Below, in pieces: positions 17,972 to 26,934 of a stretch of 64,000 bases of DNA (the first letter of the stretch is position 1; the number at the start of each line of letters is the position of its first letter). The DNA lies in the NCBI GenBank assembly GCA_963667665.2, contig OY763927.2, positions 1,664,001 to 1,728,000 of the forward strand, written 5' to 3'. Position numbers and translations under genes: made by a program. Source of the stretch: Nitrosopumilus sp. (lineage in GTDB: Archaea; Thermoproteota; Nitrososphaeria; Nitrososphaerales; Nitrosopumilaceae). The notes beneath the pieces are model-generated. The model was not told the DNA's origin, did not search any database, and saw only the letters and a program-made list of their open reading frames with translations.

Positions 17972-18613
17972 TTGCTGAATACTCGTATTGGAATTGCAAC
18001 TACATACGGTAAACCATACTATAGATTTTCAACTTATCTTAAGATTCTCAAATTATCATATGATTCTATTCTTCCTGAAGAAATTTTAGATTATTCTGGG
18101 AACCTAATTTTTACTACCAAAAAAGAGTCTCCAAAAAACTGTGAAAAACTCTTACTTCACGAAGATATCTTTGAACATCATCCTACTGTAATTAGAGGTA
18201 TAATGATGCAAAGACTCAATCCAGATTTTGAAGAAGATCTAATTTTAGGAGTTGATCCAGGACAAAGAATTGGCTTATCGATATTTTACTATGGAAAAGA
18301 AATTGAGAGCTCATTATATTCTTCAGTTGAAGAATTAGTTTTTCACATTATTAAAATTCTAGGTGGTCTTAGAGCAAAACGAAAAATTGTAAAAATCGGA
18401 AATGGAAATATGAAAATTGCAAAACAAATTGTATCTGTACTTAATCTAAATTTTTGCTCATCTTTTGAATTAGAATTTGTTGATGAACAGAAAACTAGTC
18501 TAAAAATTAAAAATTTCAATCAAAGAGGAAAACGAGATATGCTTTCTGCAAAATTTATCTCACAACGAGAAGGATATAGACACTTTATTCTTCCTTTGTC
18601 AATGACAGGTTAA
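17972..18613 (+). CDS. Hypothetical protein with RNase H-like (YqgF-type) motif
   Basis: ILGVDPGQRIG, VKIGNG, VDE..TS, D..SA. Confidence 0.65.
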   Translation: MLNTRIGIATTYGKPYYRFSTYLKILKLSYDSILPEEILDYSGNLIFTTKKESPKNCEKLLLHEDIFEHHPTVIRGIMMQRLNPDFEEDLILGVDPGQRIGLSIFYYGKEIESSLYSSVEELVFHIIKILGGLRAKRKIVKIGNGNMKIAKQIVSVLNLNFCSSFELEFVDEQKTSLKIKNFNQRGKRDMLSAKFISQREGYRHFILPLSMTG

Positions 18614-18965
18614 AAAAATTAGAAATTTTCTTTTAAAATTTTTGAAAATCATGCAAATTTACTGCTTTTTACTCTTATTTTGTTCCTACAATGATGAAAG
18701 TATGAGGATATACTGAATTTTTTATGTGTTTTTTAAAAAAACAATGAAATTATTAGTCAAACAACTATATTGCTATATGTTATTTTTTCAAAAAAACCGA
18801 TATTCAAAAAAACTATACATATTTATTGATGTTTTCTTCGTTTTTTTTGAAACTAATAACTTTGATCGTAAAATAACCTATAATATTTACAACTTTTTTT
18901 AATTATATTATAGATTTTATCGATCTATTCTTATATACCTGTGAATTCTATAATAAATTACCAAA

Positions 18966-19403
18966 ATGACTTGTAAAGGAATTTGTGTTAGATACAAGGC
19001 TCAAAAGCCTGTTGGAACCGGAAGATATGCCTCTGGACAACGTCGATGCCAAATTTGTGAAATTTTCATTAAATGGGAAGGTCTTTGGTGTCCATGTTGT
19101 GGATATAGATTAAGAACAAAACCACGTAATCTAAAATACAAAGCAAAATTACGTGCTAGAGTTGAAGCAGATTCTATTGAAGCTAAAGCAGCTGCAGATA
19201 GTAAATTAGTAGAGATTGAAGTAGCAGTTAAAGCAAAATCAAAATCTAAAGCTTCTAAATCAAAAGCAACAAAGAAGGAAAAAACTCCTTGCATACACTG
19301 TGAAAAATTATTTGTTTATGCAGATAAACACGAAAAAAATTGCAAGAAAAATCCAAATATCGAAACCTCCCAAGAAAGTGAATCAATAGCAATAAAAGCA
19401 TAA
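18966..19403 (+). CDS. Thaumarchaeal Cys-rich zinc-finger protein with Lys-rich linker and second finger
   Basis: MTCKGIC..RCQICEIFIKWEGLWCPCCGYRLRTKPR; C-terminal CIHC..HEKNC. Confidence 0.8.
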   Translation: MTCKGICVRYKAQKPVGTGRYASGQRRCQICEIFIKWEGLWCPCCGYRLRTKPRNLKYKAKLRARVEADSIEAKAAADSKLVEIEVAVKAKSKSKASKSKATKKEKTPCIHCEKLFVYADKHEKNCKKNPNIETSQESESIAIKA

Positions 19404-19420
19404 GATTTGTTCATAGCTTA

Positions 19421-19762
19421 TTGAACTCTCCAAGTGGATTTTCCCATAAAGTGGTAAATTTGGAGAGCCGTACTTTTTTTTTACAAACTCAAAAATTTGA
19501 TAATGGATATTTTATTTCAGTTGCAGAAGGATCTAACAAAATAGGTTCTATGGTTGTTTCTTTAGCAACTGGACCTACACCAATTACCACAACCATCATT
19601 CCATCTAAACATGAATCTCTTTTTTTAAAACTTATTGCTGAACGAATAAGCACCAGGATGAGAGGTATTGCTTTAGTTTCTACATTTATTCCAAAAGATT
19701 TAGAATCTAATACTGCAAAAGCCTTAATGTCTGAGATAATGGAGATGGTAGAAAATGGTTGA
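19421..19762 (+). CDS. Proteasome assembly chaperone-like protein (PAC4 family-like)
   Basis: Short beta-rich ORF (KIGSMVVSL..TTTIIP..LIAERIS..IALVS) coupled to ubiD. Confidence 0.5.
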   Translation: MNSPSGFSHKVVNLESRTFFLQTQKFDNGYFISVAEGSNKIGSMVVSLATGPTPITTTIIPSKHESLFLKLIAERISTRMRGIALVSTFIPKDLESNTAKALMSEIMEMVENG

Positions 19763-21086
19763 TTTAAGAAATTTTATTTCACAAATCAAAAAGAGTAAAG
19801 ATCTCAAAACTGTTAAAACCAAAGTTTCCACAAAATTTGAAATTGCTGAAATTACTGCAAAAGTTGACGGCTCACATGCAGTTTTATTTGAAAATATTAA
19901 AGAAAGTAATTTCAGTTTAGTTGCTAATTTAGTAGGAACTCGAAAAAGATTTGCTTTAGCAGTTGGAGGTTCAGAAAACAATATTCATGAAAAAGTCATT
20001 TCAGCGATTAAAAAAGCTAAAAAGCCAAAAATCATCCCTTCTGGAAAATTCATGGAAAACAAGTCAAAAAATCTCTTTTTCCTGCCTATTGTAACCCATT
20101 TTGCAAAAGAATCTGGTCCATTTATCACATCTTCTATTGCTTATGCTAAGAATCCTGAAACCGGAAAACAAAATTCTTCATTTCATAGATTAATGCCAAT
20201 TGATAAAACTCATTTTTCCATTAGAATGGTAGAAGGGCGTCATCTCCACAGATGTTTCATTGATGCAAAAGAACATGGTGAAGATCTGAAAATTGCAATT
20301 ACTGTAGGAGTTCATCCAGCAATTTCTATCGCTGGTGCATATCAAGCTGAATGGGGAAAAGACGAAATTGATATTGCAAATTCGCTTCTTGGAGGAAAAT
20401 TAACTTTGGCAAAACTTCCTTTTACAGGACTGAATGTGCCATCAGGTGCTGAAATTGTAATGGAAGGAAAAATTCTTCGTGATAAAACTCATCGTGAATG
20501 GATGGTTGAAATGCTTCAAACATATGATCATAAAAGATCTCAACCAGTTTTTGAACTTGAAAATCTCTATTATAGAAACAACCCAATTTTTCATGATGTT
20601 TTATCTGGTTATTCCGAACATAGATTACTAATGGGAATGCCAATTGAATCTAAATTAAATGGAGAATTAAAGAAAACTTTTCCCCAAACACAACAAGTCT
20701 CAATGACTAATGGCGGATGTAATTGGTTGCATGCTGTTGTGCAAATTAAAAAGAAGAATGAATCTGATCCTAAAAAAATAATTAAAAAAACATTTGATTC
20801 TCATCGCTCCCTAAAACAAGTAACTGTAGTTGATGAAGATATTGATCCTAATAGCGCTGAATCAGTAGAATATGCTATGGCAACAAGATTCCAAGCAGAT
20901 AAAGATCTAATTATTATAAAAAATGTTCGTGGTTCTAGTCTTGATCCTTCTAGTAATCAACAGAAATTACGAACTGCAAAAATGGGAATTGATGCAACAA
21001 AATCTTTTTCAAAACGAGCAGAAGGATTTGAATTAGCAAAAATTCCAAACATCGATAAAATCAAACTAGAGAAATATTTCAAATAA
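19755..21086 (+). CDS. UbiD-family decarboxylase (candidate anhydromevalonate phosphate decarboxylase)
   Basis: DLRNFI, NSSFHRLM, AEIVMEG, GGCNWLH, VVDEDID, GSSLDPS, KMGIDAT. Confidence 0.9.
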   Translation: MVDLRNFISQIKKSKDLKTVKTKVSTKFEIAEITAKVDGSHAVLFENIKESNFSLVANLVGTRKRFALAVGGSENNIHEKVISAIKKAKKPKIIPSGKFMENKSKNLFFLPIVTHFAKESGPFITSSIAYAKNPETGKQNSSFHRLMPIDKTHFSIRMVEGRHLHRCFIDAKEHGEDLKIAITVGVHPAISIAGAYQAEWGKDEIDIANSLLGGKLTLAKLPFTGLNVPSGAEIVMEGKILRDKTHREWMVEMLQTYDHKRSQPVFELENLYYRNNPIFHDVLSGYSEHRLLMGMPIESKLNGELKKTFPQTQQVSMTNGGCNWLHAVVQIKKKNESDPKKIIKKTFDSHRSLKQVTVVDEDIDPNSAESVEYAMATRFQADKDLIIIKNVRGSSLDPSSNQQKLRTAKMGIDATKSFSKRAEGFELAKIPNIDKIKLEKYFK

Positions 21087-21135
21087 CCGATTTTTCATGG
21101 ATCCATTTAAGAATAACATAAACTATCTCTTCTTA

Positions 21136-21549
21136 ATGTCTGAACAAGATAAATCAAAAGAGTGGGATTCACTATGGCAAGAATATACAAAGTCACTTGA
21201 AGGCTGGAAATCACTTTTTGAGCAAATTCAAAATGCAAGTAATGACATGCAAGCTAAATTCAATCAAGTTTGGGATAAGGCAACTGTTGAATCAAGTGCT
21301 GAAACCATGAAATTATTTGGAGAAAATTGGCAAAAAGTAATGACTGATGCAGGAATGAAATCCTTTAAAGAATTTGGAGAAAATTGGCAAAAAGCTCTCA
21401 ATGATTCTAATGCCGATGTTTTCAAACAATTTGCTGAAAATTGGCAAAAGACTCTAAGTTCATCTGGATTAGAACAAATGAACGCATATGGTGAAATGAT
21501 GAAAAAATTTGCTGAAACTTGGAATACTATGTGGCCTAGATCACAATAA
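21136..21549 (+). CDS. Trp-rich amphipathic helical repeat protein
   Basis: 19-aa repeats F[GA]ENWQK x3 (57-bp DNA period at 21315/21372); paralogous to 24466..24939. Confidence 0.75.
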   Translation: MSEQDKSKEWDSLWQEYTKSLEGWKSLFEQIQNASNDMQAKFNQVWDKATVESSAETMKLFGENWQKVMTDAGMKSFKEFGENWQKALNDSNADVFKQFAENWQKTLSSSGLEQMNAYGEMMKKFAETWNTMWPRSQ

Positions 21550-21587
21550 TTTTCGAAAGAATAAAATCTTAATTCCTTCAATATTTT

Positions 21588-22256
21588 TTGATGACAATCA
21601 CTCAGAATGAATGCTTTGTTGAATTATCTAGTTTTGAAGATTTAGCAAGATATGCTTGCTCATTTAGAGAATACCCACTAAGAGTATATTCTCAAGAATT
21701 TGATGGTTCAAGAATTGTTTCAAGTAGTTTAACTCTTGCAAATACCTTATTGATTTTTTATGCACAAATGCCAAAATCTGGTAGGTATGTTTTATACCAA
21801 GTTACTGCCGGAAAAGAGATTTGTAATATTGTAGAATCTACAAAAAATATCTCAAACTATGCACCTATTGTACATATGGAATCAAAAATTTCCTCACTAT
21901 CTATGAAATCTAAAAAAATCTCTGATCAATTTCATCCAATTCAAGTTAAAGATTTGGGAAGTTTAGCACGATTAACATATGATCCTGAGTTTCCAGATGA
22001 ATCAAATCTTACTCTATATGCATTACCTCACAAAAATTCTTGGGTACTGGGATACATTACATCATTAGATATGGATGAAGTAATCTATAATTTCAATTAT
22101 GTTGAATTAGATTCTGAACCTACCAAACATTTTGTAAAATATCAAGGAAATCAAGGACAAGATCCAGAATTTTCAAATAATTTTGATCATGGATATTCGT
22201 ATTTACCAATAATCAAAATTAAAAATAAACATTCTATTTTTGGATTTTCAGATTAA
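21588..22256 (+). CDS. Hypothetical protein with internal domain duplication
   Basis: VELSSFEDLARY..YAPIVHM and IQVKDLGSLARL..YLPIIKI halves. Confidence 0.75.
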   Translation: MMTITQNECFVELSSFEDLARYACSFREYPLRVYSQEFDGSRIVSSSLTLANTLLIFYAQMPKSGRYVLYQVTAGKEICNIVESTKNISNYAPIVHMESKISSLSMKSKKISDQFHPIQVKDLGSLARLTYDPEFPDESNLTLYALPHKNSWVLGYITSLDMDEVIYNFNYVELDSEPTKHFVKYQGNQGQDPEFSNNFDHGYSYLPIIKIKNKHSIFGFSD

Positions 22257-22265
22257 TTTGTAAAA

Positions 22266-22949
22266 TTATTTCCATGTCGTTAATTCTTTAATTTTCTTTC
22301 TTGATTCTTCAACAAATCGTCTCATAACTGGAATGTAAATTTCAGCTGCATATGCAATTTCAATATTTTTACATTCTTCAAAATCTAGAAATGTAGATGC
22401 AATTACTTGGTTTTCTCCTACTTTAGGCTCGTTATTTTTGTCTCTTTTATGATTTATTATTTCTAAAAATATTGGTAATTGTCTTTTGATTTCAATATCT
22501 AATTCTTCTTTTGAACGTAATTTTTCATGACTCAAATTCACTTTAATCTGCTGATAAATATCATCTTTGTATCTATCTGATGCTCTAATCATGATTTTAA
22601 TTTTAGGTAGTTTTTCAAATTTGTTTTTGAATTCACAAATTTTTTTTATGAAATTTGGATATGGATTTTCATGTTCCTGATTATATTGTTTTGAATACCA
22701 TTCAGAAAATTTTATTGCATTTTGATCATTTTTCATTACTGCTTTTTCATCAAAGTTTTTTTGTGAAATCTTGTCTGAAATAAATAATCCAAAATCTCTA
22801 TTTCCTTCTTCAAAAATTCCATTAAATGTATCATTTACAGAATTAATGTATTCATTAAAAAAATGATTTACATAGTAAGGCTCAGACTCGTATTGTTTAA
22901 TCTGTTTTAGATATATTTCACAATTTTTTATCGTTTTTTCTATATCTAT
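22266..22949 (-). CDS. Hypothetical protein (227 aa) apparently starting at ATA
   Basis: ORF 22266..22736 is open upstream to ATA at 22947-22949, which overlaps the TAA of the preceding gene (TAATA). Confidence 0.6.
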   Translation of the reverse strand: MDIEKTIKNCEIYLKQIKQYESEPYYVNHFFNEYINSVNDTFNGIFEEGNRDFGLFISDKISQKNFDEKAVMKNDQNAIKFSEWYSKQYNQEHENPYPNFIKKICEFKNKFEKLPKIKIMIRASDRYKDDIYQQIKVNLSHEKLRSKEELDIEIKRQLPIFLEIINHKRDKNNEPKVGENQVIASTFLDFEECKNIEIAYAAEIYIPVMRRFVEESRKKIKELTTWK

Positions 22950-23329
22950 TAGTCTTTGCCAGATTCCAAAGTAGCATATTTTGATTGTGCTTTCAAACTT
23001 GTTGCCAATTCTTTGAAAATTTCATTTACACTGACATCAACTAGATTGATGGTTGCATTTTCCTTTACAATTTGTTTTTCAAATTTCTCTTTAATTGCAA
23101 AAGATACTGATGACCAATGTAGAGTTCCTTTCAATTGTTCTTCAACTGTGATATTTGTAGTTGGAAAATTTGCTGGTGCAAATACAATTCCATTTGTCCA
23201 TTGCATTGTAGGAATTCCTCCACCTGAGGATCTTGTGCTAAATGCTATCTGTTTTACCCAATCATCAAACTTGTATTCAATTACTTCATGAATAATCAGT
23301 TTTTTCCATGGTTCTACTGAGATTTCCAT
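22949..23329 (-). CDS. Conserved archaeal hypothetical protein
   Basis: MEISVEPWKKLIIHEVIEY..QWTNGIVF..LHWSSVSFA; normal codon usage. Confidence 0.75.
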   Translation of the reverse strand: MEISVEPWKKLIIHEVIEYKFDDWVKQIAFSTRSSGGGIPTMQWTNGIVFAPANFPTTNITVEEQLKGTLHWSSVSFAIKEKFEKQIVKENATINLVDVSVNEIFKELATSLKAQSKYATLESGKD

Positions 23330-23754
23330 TTAATCATATTACTCTTGAACCAATTATAATCTTGTTTTTTAGCTCTTACGTGCTTATTTATTAGAACATA
23401 ATCACCATTTTTTATAATGGATAAATGGGCTGACTATTTTATTTCTCAGGTTAGTTATGATTCTGATCATCTGATCTCTGTTGCCATACGTCATCAAGAT
23501 ACTGACAAAGGAATTACTATCGGAGAACCAGTAGATCGTTTGACCATACATTCTGATATCAGAAATGGATTATTTTACATTACAATTTACAGTGGAAAGG
23601 AGTCTTGGAAAAAGGGACATAAAATACAAACTTTCTCCATTGGAGGTAACCCATACATTCGTATTGATGAAAACAAAGTAAAATTAGATCATCTTGGAGA
23701 TTTACCTGAAGGACCAATGTAAAATCTGAATCTGTTAAAGAATTAGAATTTCAA

Positions 23755-23904
23755 CCAGAACCAACACCAGAACCACCTTCAAGTCCTAGAGGTTCATTAC
23801 CAAAAGGATTCACAAAAGAAATTCATCAAGAACCAGAACCAACACCAGAACCCCCTTCAAGTCCTAGAGGTTCATTACCAAAAGGATTCACAAAAGAAAT
23901 TCAT
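23755..23904 (+). repeat. 78-bp tandem repeat x2 (PEPTPEPPSSPRGSLPKGFTKEIH)
   Basis: Near-identical units starting at 23755 and 23833. Confidence 0.9.
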
Positions 23905-24123
23905 CCAGAACCAACACCAGAACCAGAAGAGGAAGAAGCTACTCCTCAACAAATTGCACAATTAGCTGATCTGCAGGAACAAATAGATGATTTAGAAGAT
24001 TTACTGTCTTCTCATATTTTATCTGAATCTGAACCAAAAGAAGAAGAAGCTACTCAACAAATTGCACAATTAGATATTCTACAAAAACAAATCAATGAAT
24101 TAGAAAAAGAAATTAAAAAATCT

Positions 24124-24281
24124 AAATCTACGCATATTAAACGTAAAATTACCAAACCAAAAAAGCAATCAAAGTCATCTACTAAAAAAATTACTTCAAA
24201 ATCTACGCATATTAAACGTAAAATTACCAAACCAAAAAAGCAATCAAAGTCATCTACTAAAAAAATTACTTCAAAATCTAC
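24124..24281 (+). repeat. 75-bp tandem repeat x2 (KSTHIKRKITKPKKQSKSSTKKITS)
   Basis: Identical units starting at 24124 and 24199. Confidence 0.9.
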
Positions 24282-24465
24282 ATCTTCAAAAGTCTATTGT
24301 AGAAAGTGTAAAACAAAAAGAAAAATTAAAAATCCTAAACAAACTACTATGAAAAATGGCAAAGTTTGTGTTAAAGGATTTTGTTCTGTTTGTAAAGGTA
24401 AAGTTTTCCGAGTTGGAAAAATAAAAAAATGATAAAATTTTTTCTTGATTTATAATATTACAGAA

Positions 24466-24939
24466 TTACATCTGTCCTGATTGCCATGTCTGATTAAATT
24501 GTTTGATGGCTTGTTGATATGCCATAATTGAATCATCACCTGATGTCTTGAGAAATTTTTCCCATTGTTCATTGAATTTATTTATTGATTCAATGTTAGT
24601 TTCTTTGAAAATACTTTCAATCATCTTTGTTTGTTGTTTGATATATTCAGGACCAATTTCTTCCCATGTTTTCTCCCAACTAGAAGTTACTTTTTTCAAT
24701 AATTCTGAATCTGATTCTAGTGCTTTTTGACATGCATCATGATATGTCATTAGAGTTTCATTAGTGGCTTTTTGCCATTGTGCAAGAGATTCTTTCCAAC
24801 CATTTAGCGCAGTATTGTATTCTGTCCACGCTTTTTCAAACTCTGGTTTTTTTGTAGATGACTTTGTTTGTTTTTTTGGTTTAGAAGTTGTTTTTTTGAT
24901 TGATTTCTTTTTAGAGGCACGTTTTTTCTTGGTAGCCAT
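24466..24939 (-). CDS. Lys-rich N-tail plus Trp-rich amphipathic helical protein
   Basis: MATKKKRASKKKSIKKTTSKPKK..; AWTEYNTALNGWK and FNEQWEKFL..AYQQAIKQFNQTW align with 21136..21549. Confidence 0.75.
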   Translation of the reverse strand: MATKKKRASKKKSIKKTTSKPKKQTKSSTKKPEFEKAWTEYNTALNGWKESLAQWQKATNETLMTYHDACQKALESDSELLKKVTSSWEKTWEEIGPEYIKQQTKMIESIFKETNIESINKFNEQWEKFLKTSGDDSIMAYQQAIKQFNQTWQSGQM

Positions 24940-25012
24940 ACAATAGCTTGAAAATAGTAGATGTTAAATCTTTCAATTATTTCAAAGTTTGAAAAAATCT
25001 AATAAATTTTCA

Positions 25013-25168
25013 TTAAAATCTTGTTGCTTTACTAAAATTTGGAATATGTTTTTTGTCCTTATTTTTGAATAATTTGTAGTGTTCTTTGCATAGATTTCTT
25101 GTTTCTCTAAAACTAATTTTTACTGTTTCTATTGCCTTTAGATTACATTCCGAGATACTACATTGCAT
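25013..25168 (-). CDS. Small putative zinc-binding protein (51 aa; not in ORF track)
   Basis: MQCSISECNLKAIETVKISFRETRNLCKEHYKLFKNKDKKHIPNFSKATRF*: C-x4-C..C-x2-H. Confidence 0.6.
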   Translation of the reverse strand: MQCSISECNLKAIETVKISFRETRNLCKEHYKLFKNKDKKHIPNFSKATRF

Positions 25169-25259
25169 TATGACAAATAATACATATTTGTTAATAAAAC
25201 TTTGAAATTATACTATTACCTTCTGTTAACTTTTTATCATTGCATTATGTCGAAAAATT

Positions 25260-25451
25260 ATGAATGATGATGAACAAGGAAAACAATTTTTAGAATTAAT
25301 TAATGAACAAAATAATATTCAATGGAACATTGTTGTAAAATTGTCATCTCTAATTAATTCAAAATGGAATTCAATTGAATTACAAAATGAGCTTATAACA
25401 TTAGTAGAAAAGCATTCAAAAATCACTAAAGAGATTAACAATCTAGATTAG
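25260..25451 (+). CDS. Hypothetical helical protein
   Basis: 63-aa ORF with TATA-like TTTTTATC upstream. Confidence 0.6.
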   Translation: MNDDEQGKQFLELINEQNNIQWNIVVKLSSLINSKWNSIELQNELITLVEKHSKITKEINNLD

Positions 25452-25463
25452 AATAACAGAATT

Positions 25464-26393
25464 CTATAATGCAGAATCTACCATTAATGCAATAAACAAT
25501 ACTGCCAAATATGGACTAGAAAATTTAAACAAAGTCCATGCGGCTTTTTCCATAGGCTTTACTATAACCCATATTGATAATGCCAACATTAATGCACCTG
25601 ATGCAATTGCGGTCCATAGATATACTGCACCTACCATTTCTTCACCACTTTCTGTTGTTATGAAGAATGGAGCAATTGAAAATAACACCATTACCACAGT
25701 AGAACCTGCAATAATTCTTGCTGATGTTTTTTCAGATTGTACTGCAGTTAACATTGGAACATTTACTTTGATATAATCATCTTTGAAATGTAATGTCAAA
25801 GCCCAAATATGCATTGGAATCCAAATAAACACCAATCCTGCCATTGCAAGACCCATCGTCCACAAATCTGACATACTTACGGCTACCCATCCAATCAAAG
25901 GAGGTGCACCACCACATAAACCTCCTAGAATTATGTTTGTTCTAGATCTTCGTTTTAATACATACGAGTAAACAAGAATATTATTTGCCAATCCAAATGC
26001 AATGAATGTAGTTGCCCACGCACCTTGTTCTAATGTTGTAGTAAATGAAATTCCAAATGCTAAAACTAATGATATTCCAGCTAATACTAATCCAAAGTTC
26101 CTTGCTTTTACTGCAGGATAGATTCTCTTTGATGGGAGAGGTCTTTCCTTTGTTCTCTCCATTATTGCATCAATATCTCTGTCATGATAGTTTGTCAAAG
26201 TGTTAGCAGCTGCTGAACCGGCTGCAACTGAAAATAACATTAACATCCATGTTGCTGGAGAAATTTCAATACCATAAATATTGGATGCAGTTAATGCTGC
26301 ACCAAATGCAGTAAAAACTAGTAAATACCAGATCTTTGGCTTTGTTAATTCATAGTATACAGCTACACGAGATTCTGACTTTTGTTTTTGCAA
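25464..26393 (-). CDS. cyoE: Protoheme IX farnesyltransferase (heme o synthase)
   Basis: YYELTKPK, DRDIDAIMERTKERPLP, DDYIKVNVPML, LFKFSSPYL. Confidence 0.95.
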   Translation of the reverse strand: MQKQKSESRVAVYYELTKPKIWYLLVFTAFGAALTASNIYGIEISPATWMLMLFSVAAGSAAANTLTNYHDRDIDAIMERTKERPLPSKRIYPAVKARNFGLVLAGISLVLAFGISFTTTLEQGAWATTFIAFGLANNILVYSYVLKRRSRTNIILGGLCGGAPPLIGWVAVSMSDLWTMGLAMAGLVFIWIPMHIWALTLHFKDDYIKVNVPMLTAVQSEKTSARIIAGSTVVMVLFSIAPFFITTESGEEMVGAVYLWTAIASGALMLALSIWVIVKPMEKAAWTLFKFSSPYLAVLFIALMVDSAL

Positions 26394-26395
26394 TG

Positions 26396-26863
26396 CTAGT
26401 CACTATCCTGTGTTGACATATATGGCATTGCCTTAGTTCGTGTTTTCATCTCAATAAATGACTCTGAAGACTGAATTCCATCAATCCTACCAATTTTCTC
26501 AGAGACCATTTTGTGCATTGTCTCTAATGATTTTGAATACATCGTTACTAGTATATCGAATCTACCAGTAACTTCTGCAATCTCTCGTACTCCATCAATC
26601 TTGAATAATTCCTCAATTATATGATCACGTTTTTTTGAATCTATGTTAATTCCAGTTAATGCTTTGACATCATAACCAAGTTCAGCATCATTTACAACAA
26701 TTGTAAAGCGTTCAATTAATTTTCTTTTGACTAGTTTTTTAATTCTTGAATAAATTACTGAAGAGTTAACATTGATCTTTTTTGATAGACGTGGAACCGA
26801 AATTGATGCATCATTAGATAATTCTGATAAAATTTGTAAATCCAAATTATCTACTTTTACCGT
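26396..26863 (-). CDS. Lrp/AsnC family regulator; likely start at ACG 26861-26863
   Basis: VKVDNLDLQILSEL..SRIKKL..IERFTIVV..EVTGRFDIL; GGTG 7 nt upstream of the ACG. Confidence 0.88.
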   Translation of the reverse strand, partial: TVKVDNLDLQILSELSNDASISVPRLSKKINVNSSVIYSRIKKLVKRKLIERFTIVVNDAELGYDVKALTGINIDSKKRDHIIEELFKIDGVREIAEVTGRFDILVTMYSKSLETMHKMVSEKIGRIDGIQSSESFIEMKTRTKAMPYMSTQDSD

Positions 26864-26934
26864 TCAAAACACCTAAGTCGATCTAGATTTCAGGTTCTTA
26901 TAAAGTTATTATTGTAAAAATTGCAAAAAATTCT

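Larger units (their letters stand above)
23417..24432 (+). pseudogene. DUF3892-like domain, Pro/Glu and Lys-rich repeats, and DUF5679-like zinc ribbon; frameshifted near 23717
   Basis: N-domain ends YIRIDENKVKLDHLGDLPE; a shifted frame continues uninterrupted to YCRKCKTKRKIKNPKQTTMKNGKVCVKGFCSVCKGKVFRVG..TGA 24430-24432. Confidence 0.75.

Noticed and set aside
23755-24281. Tandem repeats as CRISPR or non-coding satellite
   Set aside because: No unique spacers; units are multiples of 3 within an open frame
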